In this document: one piece after another, positions 53,458 to 62,976 of the stretch
Numbering within the stretch: position 1 is the first letter of the stretch
Layout: every line of letters begins with the position of its first letter
Assembly (NCBI GenBank): GCA_963835065.1
Contig: CAWIEK010000053.1
Location: forward strand, 192,001 to 256,000
Reading direction: 5' to 3'
DNA from: an uncultured Chthonomonadaceae bacterium
GTDB taxonomy: Bacteria > Armatimonadota > Chthonomonadetes > Chthonomonadales > Chthonomonadaceae
Length of the DNA stretch: 64,000 nucleotides
Position numbers and translations under genes: made by a program
Notes under the pieces: generated by a model
What the model saw: the letters and a program-made list of their open reading frames with translations, nothing else
Told to the model about the DNA's origin: nothing
The model's database searches: none

Positions 53458-54927
53458 CTATAAAACCGGCTGGAGTTGGGAACGGCGAGATTGCTGCATC
53501 CACTCTTGGAATTGTTCTGCTCCGACTCTTTCCTGCAAAGATTGCAGCATATTCATTAAATCGTCTGTATAGGGCGACTGTAGTTCCTGAGAGACTAATG
53601 TAGCACTTTGTAAATATTTAAATGCTTGGTTAAAAATGCCTTGCTGCATTTTTAATTCTCCCAAATTTGCCATTGTGATTGCCAGAAAAGCTTTATCCCC
53701 AGTATCGGAACCAATTTGTAGGCTTTCCTGATACAAGGTTTCTGCTCCTGTCAAATCACCCATTTTCTGCTTAATCACAGCCAAATTAAGTAGCGTACTC
53801 CCGCGCAATCTGCTGTTCCCAATCCGGTTTGCAACGGACAGCGCTTGCTGGTACAGTTGCTGTGCTTCATCAAAGTTTTGCCTGTTCGACTGAATGTTAC
53901 CAAGTCCAACCAATACATTCGCTATGTTCAATAAATGTTCGCTGGAACTGCCCTGCAGCGCCTGAAACTTCTGCAAACTTTGTTCATAGTAATGTTGGGC
54001 AGTCTCCAGGTCTCCTTCATAGAAGTATATGTTTCCGATTTGAGTAAGGCTAACTGCCTGGCGATAGGTATCGCCTGATTGTTGTTCCTCAGATAAATTT
54101 CGCACATAAATAGCGCGGGCCTGCTCGAAGTTGCCCAATCGCGTTGCGATTACAGCAAGTTCATGCGAAGCATCCAACACGCCGTTTTTATCATGAATTT
54201 GTTCTGATAAGCGCCGACTCTCTTCCAGATATTGGCTTGCCTGCTTCCAATTGCCGGAGTTAGCATACAGCATGCTACATTGTCGCAGAATAGTAGCGAT
54301 TATTCTGTTATCGCTGTCACTGGTCTGCGGCAGAGTACGCGCCGTTTGCAGTAGCTCCTCCAATCGCTGCAGTTCCTGTTGCTTCTCGGTCTGAGTGAGG
54401 GAGGAAAGCTCCGGCCAGCCAATGTTTAAATGCCCGGAACTGTCTTTTTGCCAATGTTCGGCGCTTGTGGGAAACTCATAAACACCGGAGCGCCATGCCC
54501 AAAAATCCGGGGCGCTGAGAACCATTTTGTCCAGCGCGTAATCGGGCAGCCAGATCAGCAGGACGGCGGGACAGGCGCGGCGGATCAAATCGCGGTCGTT
54601 ATTCAGGCGTCCTAATGCGGGGGAGTAATCTTCCTGCGCATAGATGGATTTTTCCAGTCCAAAGACGTTGACGAAGGCCGGAAGGTCGTTGACATCTATA
54701 ACTGCCTTCAATTTATCTAACAAACTAATGATTGGCTCGTCAAGCGTTATTTCAACGGCGCGTTTACCGCTCAGGCGTTCCAAAAGCATCCGGCTTAATT
54801 GCCGCTGCTGAATGGGGCTATTGCATTTGACGAAGCCCAAAACAAATTCATTCGCCCGACGCACAACGCGCGCAATTCGGGTAAATACCTCGTCTACTTC
54901 TGGAGTTAAATCGCTGGTGACTGTCAT
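53458..54927 (-). CDS. TPR protein with N-terminal degenerate NTPase-like domain
   Basis: LNNDRD, LLIWLP, APDFWAWRSGVYEF; about 6-7 TPR repeats. Confidence 0.8.
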   Translation of the reverse strand: MTVTSDLTPEVDEVFTRIARVVRRANEFVLGFVKCNSPIQQRQLSRMLLERLSGKRAVEITLDEPIISLLDKLKAVIDVNDLPAFVNVFGLEKSIYAQEDYSPALGRLNNDRDLIRRACPAVLLIWLPDYALDKMVLSAPDFWAWRSGVYEFPTSAEHWQKDSSGHLNIGWPELSSLTQTEKQQELQRLEELLQTARTLPQTSDSDNRIIATILRQCSMLYANSGNWKQASQYLEESRRLSEQIHDKNGVLDASHELAVIATRLGNFEQARAIYVRNLSEEQQSGDTYRQAVSLTQIGNIYFYEGDLETAQHYYEQSLQKFQALQGSSSEHLLNIANVLVGLGNIQSNRQNFDEAQQLYQQALSVANRIGNSRLRGSTLLNLAVIKQKMGDLTGAETLYQESLQIGSDTGDKAFLAITMANLGELKMQQGIFNQAFKYLQSATLVSQELQSPYTDDLMNMLQSLQERVGAEQFQEWMQQSRRSQLQPVL

Positions 54928-56258
54928 TGCGTGTTACTCGGCGCGGCAGGCGCGGACGGCTCTGAGGGAGCGAGAAATTTGCGCAATGTCCGCACAACAG
55001 GGTTGACGGCGTAGCAGGGTTCGCCGTTCAGGTACTCCAAAATACTGGCGTTGTACATCAACACCTGATCGTCGGGACTGCCCGGCAGGGCTTGCGTTTC
55101 CTCCACCGTGTGAAGCGTCGTATAGAACTGCGGTTTGGTTAAGGCGCGCTCGAAATCGGTACGCATCAGGGTGACGGCTTTTTCCGCCTCGCGGCGCGTA
55201 ATCGGCAGATCATCTATGTAATCACAGGCGGAGCGTACCATAATCAGAACGTTGCGCACATGCCCGCCACTCATGCCACAAAGGTAATCCAGCGTGTCGG
55301 GAGTGTCGAACGCCTGATCACTGGGGATGTGGGAAACTGTCAGCCGCTTTTGTACGATGTCGTGCATGGCGGCAATGCCGGCTGCATTGCCCTGCCGATC
55401 ACGCCCAATAATTTTGATCATCGGCAAAGTGAATGGCTGCTTGCTGTAAATGGTGGTCAGGGCAGGCGCAGTCGGCGCGAACAGCATCGAGATAGGAAGC
55501 GTATAGATAATGTGTGTTTGGAGTTGCGTGAGCTGCGCGCCCCGGTTGATGAACAATTGCTCATGCGTATTGTATTGGCTCTCAGGAATGTTACGCAGTG
55601 TGATACGATCCAGATTGTCAACGATGACTACAAGGTCTTCATATCCTTTGGCCTTGAGTTTTGTTGCCACCTCGGCCAGCAGATCGTTCACCGCCTGAAT
55701 TAAATTCGAGACGTTTGGCTCCAACGCCTGACGAATTTGGTTCCGGGCGATAGGACTGCTTTTAATGGAAGCCGTCAGTTTGCCTACTTTTGCATCCAGC
55801 GTCAGGTTCTCGAACACCACTTCACTGCCTAAAAGAGTTTTCAAATCTTCAAAGAAGCGGCTCAGGCGCGCAGGGCGCAAATCCTCATGAAAGTATTCGC
55901 GCATCACTTTCCCGACTTCGCGCGCAATGGCAAGAAGAATGTCGGCTAAGTCTACGTCGTTGACATCCACATCCTGATCGTCCGCTTCAAAGTAGACGAC
56001 AAAGAAGGGACGCCTTTCTCCGGCAGGCTTGGAAAGACGATCCATCAGGCGTTTCAACTCCGTAGATTTGCCGCAGCCACGATGCCCCGTAAAGAGCAGA
56101 TGCATCGGCTCGTCGGCGCGACGAATGGCTTTCGCCATGCGTCCAACCAAATCGTCCGTGCCGCGCACATCGTCACAAAGAACGTAGCGTTCATCACCGG
56201 GCCGCAACGGTTCTGTAGGATTGCATTTCTGGTAAAACAAGTCAATGCCTTCTGCCAT
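54924..56258 (-). CDS. P-loop ATPase (STAND/KAP/Orc1-like)
   Basis: Walker A GHRGCGKS, Walker B VVIVDNLDR, SGGHVR. Confidence 0.85.
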   Translation of the reverse strand: MAEGIDLFYQKCNPTEPLRPGDERYVLCDDVRGTDDLVGRMAKAIRRADEPMHLLFTGHRGCGKSTELKRLMDRLSKPAGERRPFFVVYFEADDQDVDVNDVDLADILLAIAREVGKVMREYFHEDLRPARLSRFFEDLKTLLGSEVVFENLTLDAKVGKLTASIKSSPIARNQIRQALEPNVSNLIQAVNDLLAEVATKLKAKGYEDLVVIVDNLDRITLRNIPESQYNTHEQLFINRGAQLTQLQTHIIYTLPISMLFAPTAPALTTIYSKQPFTLPMIKIIGRDRQGNAAGIAAMHDIVQKRLTVSHIPSDQAFDTPDTLDYLCGMSGGHVRNVLIMVRSACDYIDDLPITRREAEKAVTLMRTDFERALTKPQFYTTLHTVEETQALPGSPDDQVLMYNASILEYLNGEPCYAVNPVVRTLRKFLAPSEPSAPAAPSNTQ

Positions 56259-56370
56259 TCTCACATCCTCCCTCCTTCTATTGTATCCTATCTGTCAATA
56301 GCTTTCATACATCCTTGCGCGGCCTCCAAAATAAGACGGCAAAATATTTTGCGAGTTGATGAAAATTCGC

Positions 56371-56401
56371 TTGACTCTCCCGTTACGGGAGGCATTATAC
56401 T
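56371..56401 (+). promoter_or_regulatory. MerR-type promoter/operator
   Basis: TTGACT-N19-TATACT with dyad CTCCCGT-T-ACGGGAG in the spacer. Confidence 0.88.
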
Positions 56402-56492
56402 GTGCTTGTTCGCTGCAAACGGCAGGCTTTCTTGTATGGGCAAGGTTCTTGTGCGGGCAGGGCGGTTTGCCACAACGAATTGGAAGACGACC

Positions 56493-57326
56493 ATGTTCAA
56501 AATCGGGGATTTTTCCAGAATGAGCCGGGTGTCGGTGAAGGCGCTGCGCCATTACGATGACGTGGGATTGCTGGAACCGGCGCATGTGGATGAGGAAAGC
56601 GGCTACCGCTATTATACGGCGGAACAGCTCGCGCTGCTGAACCGCATTCTGGCGCTCAAAGACTTGGGCTTTTCGCTGGAACAGATTGCACGGCTGCTGA
56701 AAGAAGGACTATCCCCGGCGGAAATGCGCGGGATGCTGCGCCTGCGGCAGCAGGAGATACAGCAGCGCATGGAAGAGGAACAGGGACGTTTGGAGCGCGT
56801 GGAAGCGCGGCTGCGGCAAATCGAGCAGGAAAGCGGAGCGTCGCCCTATGACGTGATTATGAAGCAGACCGATGCCCGATTGATTGCCGGTTTGCGGGCC
56901 ACCATCCCCGACTTTCATCATATTCAGACGTTGTTTGCGGAGATGTACACCGACCTGCACCGCCTGGGAATCCGAACGCGCGGTCCGCACATTGTTTTCT
57001 GGCACGACCGGGAATATTGCGAAACCGCCATTGACATTGAAGTGGCGGCGGCTATCGAACCATGCCCTGCCGCCCGTTTCGAGCCGAGCCTGCGCGTACG
57101 TCCGCGCGAACTGGCCGAAGAAACCGTTCTTAGCGTGGTACATCAGGGGGAATATGGAGGGATTGAACATGCGTACAAGCCCCTGCTGGAAACTATTGCC
57201 AACCACCGCTATCAAGTAGCCGGCGCTTTTCGCGTTCTGGTGCTGAAATGGGATTTCAACATGCCGCCCGAACAAATCGTCAGCGAAATACAAGTGCCTG
57301 TGGAATTACCTTCAACTAATGTTTAG
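56493..57326 (+). CDS. MerR family regulator with GyrI-like effector domain (BmrR-like)
   Basis: FKIGDFSR...ALRHYD..GLL.P..VD..SGYRYY; SVVHQGEY, EIQVPV. Confidence 0.93.
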   Translation: MFKIGDFSRMSRVSVKALRHYDDVGLLEPAHVDEESGYRYYTAEQLALLNRILALKDLGFSLEQIARLLKEGLSPAEMRGMLRLRQQEIQQRMEEEQGRLERVEARLRQIEQESGASPYDVIMKQTDARLIAGLRATIPDFHHIQTLFAEMYTDLHRLGIRTRGPHIVFWHDREYCETAIDIEVAAAIEPCPAARFEPSLRVRPRELAEETVLSVVHQGEYGGIEHAYKPLLETIANHRYQVAGAFRVLVLKWDFNMPPEQIVSEIQVPVELPSTNV

Positions 57327-57349
57327 AAGCCCAATCGGAGGACACGACA

Positions 57350-58234
57350 ATGCAATTCACAAAGCGCAATGGTTCCCTTAAGCGCCGCCCTGCCAACATC
57401 GCAGGATGCCGGACGCGCGTTCGCCCGCTCTCGTTCGCCGTCGCCAATCTCAGCCTGGTCACAGTGGGAGGACTGCTCCTGATGACGGGCAGCGCTTTGC
57501 AGCCGAGTCAGGCCGCGCCCCAATCTTCCGGCGCAACGAAACCGGCTCCCGAACCTGTGAAACCGGCAGGCAATTCCAACGTCAATACGGCTATCATTCA
57601 CAAAGATGGCCGTCCCGCGCATCTGGATATGCTGTTGCGCGACGACTTCTTTGTCGGCTTTACGGGCGACGAGGCGCGGCTTGCGCATGGCATGAAAATA
57701 TGTGAGCAGATGATGGCAAAGTATCCCAATTTCGGGGAAGCCATTGTCTGGCATGGCAGCGGCCTGGTTTTCCAATCTGCGAAACTGTTTCAGAAGGGGG
57801 ACAACAAGCAGGGCATGGTCGTCTGGCAAAAGGGATTGGATGAAATGGATGCGGCCGTAAAACTGGAGCCGAACAACGTTTCCGTGCTGATACCCCGCGC
57901 CGCAACCCTGATTCCCGCCGCCCGCTTTATCAACTACAAGCCTCTCGCGGACTCACTCTGGACTCGCGCAGCTTCCGACTACGAAAAAACATACGCCGCG
58001 CAAAAACCCGGTTTCGACAAGCTGACCTCCCATTCCAAAGGCGAGTTGCTGTTCGGACTGGCCGAAGCCAGCGCGCGGTTGGGCAACGAAGAGAAAGCCC
58101 GCGCGTACCTGAAACAGATGCAGCAGGCATGCAAAGGAACCGACTACGTGACGGAAGCCCAAACCTGGCTGGACAAGAAGACCCTGGCAACGGGACTGCC
58201 TGCCCGCAATTGCATCGGATGCCATGTAAAATAG
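57350..58234 (+). CDS. Exported helical (TPR-like) protein with C-terminal CxxCH motif
   Basis: Signal/TM ending SQA; RDDFFVGF, VWHGSG, HSKGELL.GLA; ends CIGCHVK. Confidence 0.75.
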   Translation: MQFTKRNGSLKRRPANIAGCRTRVRPLSFAVANLSLVTVGGLLLMTGSALQPSQAAPQSSGATKPAPEPVKPAGNSNVNTAIIHKDGRPAHLDMLLRDDFFVGFTGDEARLAHGMKICEQMMAKYPNFGEAIVWHGSGLVFQSAKLFQKGDNKQGMVVWQKGLDEMDAAVKLEPNNVSVLIPRAATLIPAARFINYKPLADSLWTRAASDYEKTYAAQKPGFDKLTSHSKGELLFGLAEASARLGNEEKARAYLKQMQQACKGTDYVTEAQTWLDKKTLATGLPARNCIGCHVK

Positions 58235-58336
58235 TTGGTGATTGGTTTGAGGAGTGGATTGTGCAACGTTGGATGCTGGAATTGAACTTTTATTACCGCG
58301 ATTTTCGATGTTTTTCAAACAAGGAGCGTAACAGGC

Positions 58337-59413
58337 ATGGCACAGGATACAATTACAACGAACCAGTCGCCAGTCGCCAGTCGCCAGTCACCAGCCGCCA
58401 ATCACCAACCACCAACCACTAATCACCCCCTCCTGGAAGCGCGTCAACTGCGCAAGCAGTACGAGCGCCTTACCGCTGTGGATGGCATTGATTTTGAGAT
58501 AAAGCGGGGCGAGATTTTCGGACTGCTTGGGCCGAACGGCGCGGGCAAAACCACGACCATCAGCATGTTGGCGGGGATTTTAACGCCAAGCAGCGGGGAA
58601 ATCTGGCTGAACGGCCTGGCATCCAATGGCGGCAGAGAAGCGCGGCAAATGCTCGGAGTCGTGCCGCAGGAACTGGCGATTTACAGCAAACTAACGGCGC
58701 GAGAGAATTTAGCCTTTTTTGGGGAATTGTACGGCTTGCATGGCGCTACTCTTGCGGAGCGTATTGAGGAAATGCTGACGCTGGTGGGACTTGCCGACCG
58801 CGCGGGGGATCGCGCCGACACGTTTTCGGGCGGCATGAAGCGGCGCTTGAATCTTGCCGTCGGCCTGATGCACCGTCCGCAATTGCTGCTGCTGGACGAG
58901 CCGACGGTGGGCGTTGATCCACAGTCGCGTAACCACATCTTTGAAGGCGTTCGGACGCTGAACCGGGCAGGGCTGACGGTGCTGTATACCAGTCATTATA
59001 TGGAAGAAGTGCAGGCGCTGTGTCACCGCGTGGGCATCATGGACAAAGGGCAACTTATTGCCTGCGATACGGTTGCCAATCTGATCGCGGCGCATGGCAA
59101 GCCCATCATTGAAATTGTCCTGGATATGGCGCAGATTGCTCCCGATTTGCAGCGGCAACTGGAGCAAATGCCGGGTGTGCAGTCCGTACAGGCCACGCCG
59201 ACACCCCGCGCGTCCGACGGCCTTGCGGGAGCAGCGGAAAATTCCGACGCAATCACACTGCTCAACATCTGCACCGAGCAGCCCAATCGCCTGTTGCCGG
59301 AAATCATTCTTGCCTTAAGCGCCGCCCACGCGCCCATTCTCTCGCTCAACGTCAAGCAGCCCACGCTCGAAGACGTGTTCCTCGCCCTCACCGGCAAAAC
59401 GCTGCGGGATTGA
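58337..59413 (+). CDS. ABC-2 type transporter ATP-binding subunit
   Basis: GPNGAGKTT, FSGGMKRR, LLLDEPT, SHY, PTLEDVF. Confidence 0.95.
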   Translation: MAQDTITTNQSPVASRQSPAANHQPPTTNHPLLEARQLRKQYERLTAVDGIDFEIKRGEIFGLLGPNGAGKTTTISMLAGILTPSSGEIWLNGLASNGGREARQMLGVVPQELAIYSKLTARENLAFFGELYGLHGATLAERIEEMLTLVGLADRAGDRADTFSGGMKRRLNLAVGLMHRPQLLLLDEPTVGVDPQSRNHIFEGVRTLNRAGLTVLYTSHYMEEVQALCHRVGIMDKGQLIACDTVANLIAAHGKPIIEIVLDMAQIAPDLQRQLEQMPGVQSVQATPTPRASDGLAGAAENSDAITLLNICTEQPNRLLPEIILALSAAHAPILSLNVKQPTLEDVFLALTGKTLRD

Positions 59414-59415
59414 GG

Positions 59416-59516
59416 AAGGGAGTAGGGAGTAGGTGGTAGGGAGTAGGACAAGCAAAGTCATTCCTACTCCCTACCACCTACTCTCTACCACCTACTCCCT
59501 ACTCCCTACTTCTGGA
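59416..59516. repeat. Heptamer-repeat inverted element (GGGAGTA)n...(CCTACTC)n
   Basis: Seen directly. Confidence 0.85.
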
Positions 59517-59523
59517 GACTGCC

Positions 59524-60795
59524 ATGCCATTCTGGAGCATTGCGCGCAAGGATTTGCGCACCATACTGCGCGACAAGTCCGGGGCCATTATGCTTTTCCT
59601 GTTGCCCCTCGTGTTTCTGTTCGTGTTCGGAGCCGCGTTTGGCGGGCAGTCGCAGGCTGGGAACAAAAGCCCCTTCAAGATTCTGGTGAGCAACGCGGAT
59701 CAGGGTAAGCGGGGCGCGGAAGTAGTACGCGCCATACAGCAGGTGAACCTGACCACGCAGGAAACAGCGGGTGGTGCGCAGGAGGTGGAGGCGCAGGTGA
59801 GCAAGGGCGCGTATGCGATTGGCGTGATTTTGCCTGCCGATTTCAGCGCACAGTTGGAAGCGTATGTCCAAACCGCCTCGGAAGGCAAGTCATCCCCTAC
59901 CCCAACGGAAATGCGCGTCCTGATTGACCCGGCGCAGCCGCAGGTGGCGGGCATGGCAAAGGGCGCGATCTTCGCGTCCGTTCAGCGCGTGATGGGGCCG
60001 CTGTATCGGGAAGCGGCGCTGGCGCGAATTCCCGCCGCGTATCGCGCCGACGCGGAAAAGAACATGACTGCGCAAAGCGGCAACAGCGTCATGCCGTTTG
60101 AAATGAGCGGCGAGGCAAGCGGCAATGCGCAGACAGACGCAGGCAAAGAAGCGAACGGGAACAACAAGAGCGGCAATACAGGGGAAGTAAAGCGCGCGGA
60201 CATAACCGCCGGGGATGTGATTACGCCCGGATTTGCCGTGTACTTCGTGTTTTTCCTGGCGAACAGCGTTGCCGTCAGCCTGCTGCTGGAACGGCAGGAG
60301 GGCACGCTGCGACGCATGTTAAGCGCCCCCATTGCCCGCTCGCAGATTTTACTTGGCAAACTGACGGCGCGAGCGATTTTGGGAATTCTGCAAACGATGA
60401 TGCTGTTCGGCGTGGCGGGCGTGTTCCTGCACACGCATTACGGCAGTTCGCCGTTCGGCATTGCGCTTATCGGACTGGCAACCATTTTCACCGCAACCGG
60501 GTTAGGTCTGCTGATTGCCACCCTCGCCAAAACGCCGGAACAGATTCAGGGCATGACCACCCTGCTGCTGGTGGTGATGGGCGCGATTTCCGGCTGCCTG
60601 ATGCCGCGCATGTTCCTGCCCGACAGCGTACAAAAGTTCAGCCTGATTACGCCCCATGCGTGGGCCTTGACCGCGTATCAGGATTTGATGCTGCGCGGCA
60701 GGCCCTTGACCGCCGTTCTGCCCGAAATTATGGTCGTTGTCGGCTTCGGCGCGGTCTTCTACATTCTGGCTCTGGTTCGCTTCCGCTTTGAATGA
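59524..60795 (+). CDS. ABC-2 type permease
   Basis: KDLRTILRD, ERQEGTLRRMLSAP, ITPHAWA. Confidence 0.92.
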   Translation: MPFWSIARKDLRTILRDKSGAIMLFLLPLVFLFVFGAAFGGQSQAGNKSPFKILVSNADQGKRGAEVVRAIQQVNLTTQETAGGAQEVEAQVSKGAYAIGVILPADFSAQLEAYVQTASEGKSSPTPTEMRVLIDPAQPQVAGMAKGAIFASVQRVMGPLYREAALARIPAAYRADAEKNMTAQSGNSVMPFEMSGEASGNAQTDAGKEANGNNKSGNTGEVKRADITAGDVITPGFAVYFVFFLANSVAVSLLLERQEGTLRRMLSAPIARSQILLGKLTARAILGILQTMMLFGVAGVFLHTHYGSSPFGIALIGLATIFTATGLGLLIATLAKTPEQIQGMTTLLLVVMGAISGCLMPRMFLPDSVQKFSLITPHAWALTAYQDLMLRGRPLTAVLPEIMVVVGFGAVFYILALVRFRFE

Positions 60796-60800
60796 TAAAC

Positions 60801-61775
60801 TCAGTTCTGCTTTGTCAGCCACTCTTCGGCATCTGCCAGCGTGTTGAGGTCGAATAAAGCCAGGCCCAACTCGTCCATCTGTTCTGTTGATAGGCTATGC
60901 AGGCGTGTCTGCAACTCAGGTGATAATGATCCGAATCGGTGCGTCAGCAGCGCCACAAGTAACTCCTCTTTACCTTCCGCGCGGCCTTCCGCGCGGCCTT
61001 CCAGTCGCCAACTGCTTACCATATCTTCTCGCTCCTTTTCTATCTGCGGCAGTTTTGCTTCTGCCTGATTGTATTGACGCTGCTCCACCGTGTTCAGTCT
61101 CAAATACCGGTCAACAAACTGGAAAATCAACTCCGATTTCGCCGGGTTGAGTTTGAGCGTGAGCAGCAGGCGCAGGCACTGCAGCTTCACTTTCGGCCTA
61201 TCCCCCGCCGCAATCTTCATCTTCGCCATCAGCGCCGTCGCTGCCGGGTTGGGCTGCTTGACATACGCGCGCCAACTCAGGCGGTTGAGTTGAATAACGC
61301 GATAGTTGAAGCGATTGACCACGAAGCCGGGAAACGCGACCACATGCTGCTTGGGTTCCGGGCGCAGAGGCGTGTCGTAAGAGAAGATGACCACCGGGTA
61401 AACAGGCAGATTGTATTTCTCGTACAATCGGGCGAAGTACCGGAACATCCGCTTGGGAAAATCCGACTTCGCGCTGGACTGGTTCTCAATGTGAATTAGA
61501 AAGAACGCTTCGAAGGGAGGCTCTTGTGGCTGCGTTGGGTCTGCGGCATCCGCAAGCGCGGCAGGAGTTCGCTTGAAGCGGACTTTCACAACAATGTCTA
61601 CTTCGTGCTTGTCGCCCGAAGCGATGTCGGTAAACACTTCCTTGTCCAGCAGTTCGTAGAAGGAGGTGTCTATGTAGGCGAACACATCCGGCAGGAACGA
61701 CTCGACGAACTCCATGAAGAAGTTCGTCAGCAACTCCTTAAACATTTTATCATGATCTACAGTTTCAAGATTCAT
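60801..61775 (-). CDS. Rpn/YhgA-like PD-(D/E)XK nuclease with DUF4351-type tail
   Basis: HDKMFKELL, LIHIENQS, RMFRYF, EGRAEGRAEG. Confidence 0.88.
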   Translation of the reverse strand: MNLETVDHDKMFKELLTNFFMEFVESFLPDVFAYIDTSFYELLDKEVFTDIASGDKHEVDIVVKVRFKRTPAALADAADPTQPQEPPFEAFFLIHIENQSSAKSDFPKRMFRYFARLYEKYNLPVYPVVIFSYDTPLRPEPKQHVVAFPGFVVNRFNYRVIQLNRLSWRAYVKQPNPAATALMAKMKIAAGDRPKVKLQCLRLLLTLKLNPAKSELIFQFVDRYLRLNTVEQRQYNQAEAKLPQIEKEREDMVSSWRLEGRAEGRAEGKEELLVALLTHRFGSLSPELQTRLHSLSTEQMDELGLALFDLNTLADAEEWLTKQN

Positions 61776-61804
61776 GCCGCTATTGTACCCAATCCCAAGT
61801 TGCC

Positions 61805-62869
61805 TTATGACGCTATACGGTGGGCGGCTGCACCTCGACCATTTTGCCGGTTTCCGCCGACTTCGATGGTAGCGAAGGTCAGGGCAAGGGTGTTCAGGTT
61901 GTCGCGCCCACTGGTTTCGGGTTCCGTGCCGGATTCGATGCAGGCCCGCCAGTGGTACAGATCGTAATGGTGGCCCTGCGCGCCGATGGAGGGCGCCCAC
62001 AGGGGTTCGCCCCAGGGTTCCGGCAGGGGCGTGAAGAAGTGCATGGCGTTGTACTGCGACGTATCCGCGTTTTGCGGAAAATAGCGGATCGGCCCCCACT
62101 CGTCGCGCTGGTTCCACACCAGGCTGCCCCGCGTTCCCGTAATCACCCATCGCCCGTTCCAGCCCGTATCTACGCCGGGTGAGGCGAAACTGCCCGTGTA
62201 GTTGACCTTGACGCCGTTTGCAAAGTCAATCCACGCGAACGCGCTCAGATCGCCCTGCGTGTTGCTGACGCGGGGGTTCCAAGTTTGGGCCATGACCCGC
62301 GTGGCGTTGGAAGCAAGCAGGTAGCGCATCATATCGAAGTGATGCACGGCCATATCCATGAGAAACGGGTGCGGCATTTTCTGCCGCCAGCCGAACAGCA
62401 AGCCGTGTATCTGAAACTCCACATGAACATGGTCAATTTCGCCAATCGCGCCTTCCGCAATCAAGCGGCGCAGAAAGCGGGGCTGATCGTGGTAACGGAA
62501 CTGCTGCGTGACCATCAGCGTTCGCTTCATTTCCTGCGCCGTCCGCACGATCTTAGCCGCCACCGCCATGTTTTCGGCCAGGGGTTTTTCCGCCAGAACG
62601 TTCAGGCCGGCGCGCAGGGCAAGCGTACTGGTAAACTCATGGCAGGGAGCGGGGGTACAGTCAATGAGGCCGTCCGCTTCCACATTGGCAGCGGCGTCCT
62701 CTACATTGGTAAATTGACGCTCTGATGGTACGCCCACAACATCGCCCGCCATTCGCAGCGCGTCGGGGTTCGGGTCCACCAGCGCCACATGATGAAATCC
62801 GTCGCAGTCGCGCACGGCGTAGATCCAGCTTTGTCCAAAGCCGCCTACGCCCGCCTGTATCACGCGCAT
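61805..62869 (-). CDS. Gfo/Idh/MocA oxidoreductase
   Basis: GVGGFG, EKP, DMAVHHFD. Confidence 0.92.
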   Translation of the reverse strand: MRVIQAGVGGFGQSWIYAVRDCDGFHHVALVDPNPDALRMAGDVVGVPSERQFTNVEDAAANVEADGLIDCTPAPCHEFTSTLALRAGLNVLAEKPLAENMAVAAKIVRTAQEMKRTLMVTQQFRYHDQPRFLRRLIAEGAIGEIDHVHVEFQIHGLLFGWRQKMPHPFLMDMAVHHFDMMRYLLASNATRVMAQTWNPRVSNTQGDLSAFAWIDFANGVKVNYTGSFASPGVDTGWNGRWVITGTRGSLVWNQRDEWGPIRYFPQNADTSQYNAMHFFTPLPEPWGEPLWAPSIGAQGHHYDLYHWRACIESGTEPETSGRDNLNTLALTFATIEVGGNRQNGRGAAAHRIAS

Positions 62870-62976
62870 TCTCTTATCGTCTCCCCACAGCGCGCCAAAA
62901 CCTTCGTCCGTAAAACTTTCGTCTTTGAAAGGCGCTGCGTATAACTTTATTGTGCTGAATGTAGATTCCTGCCAAA

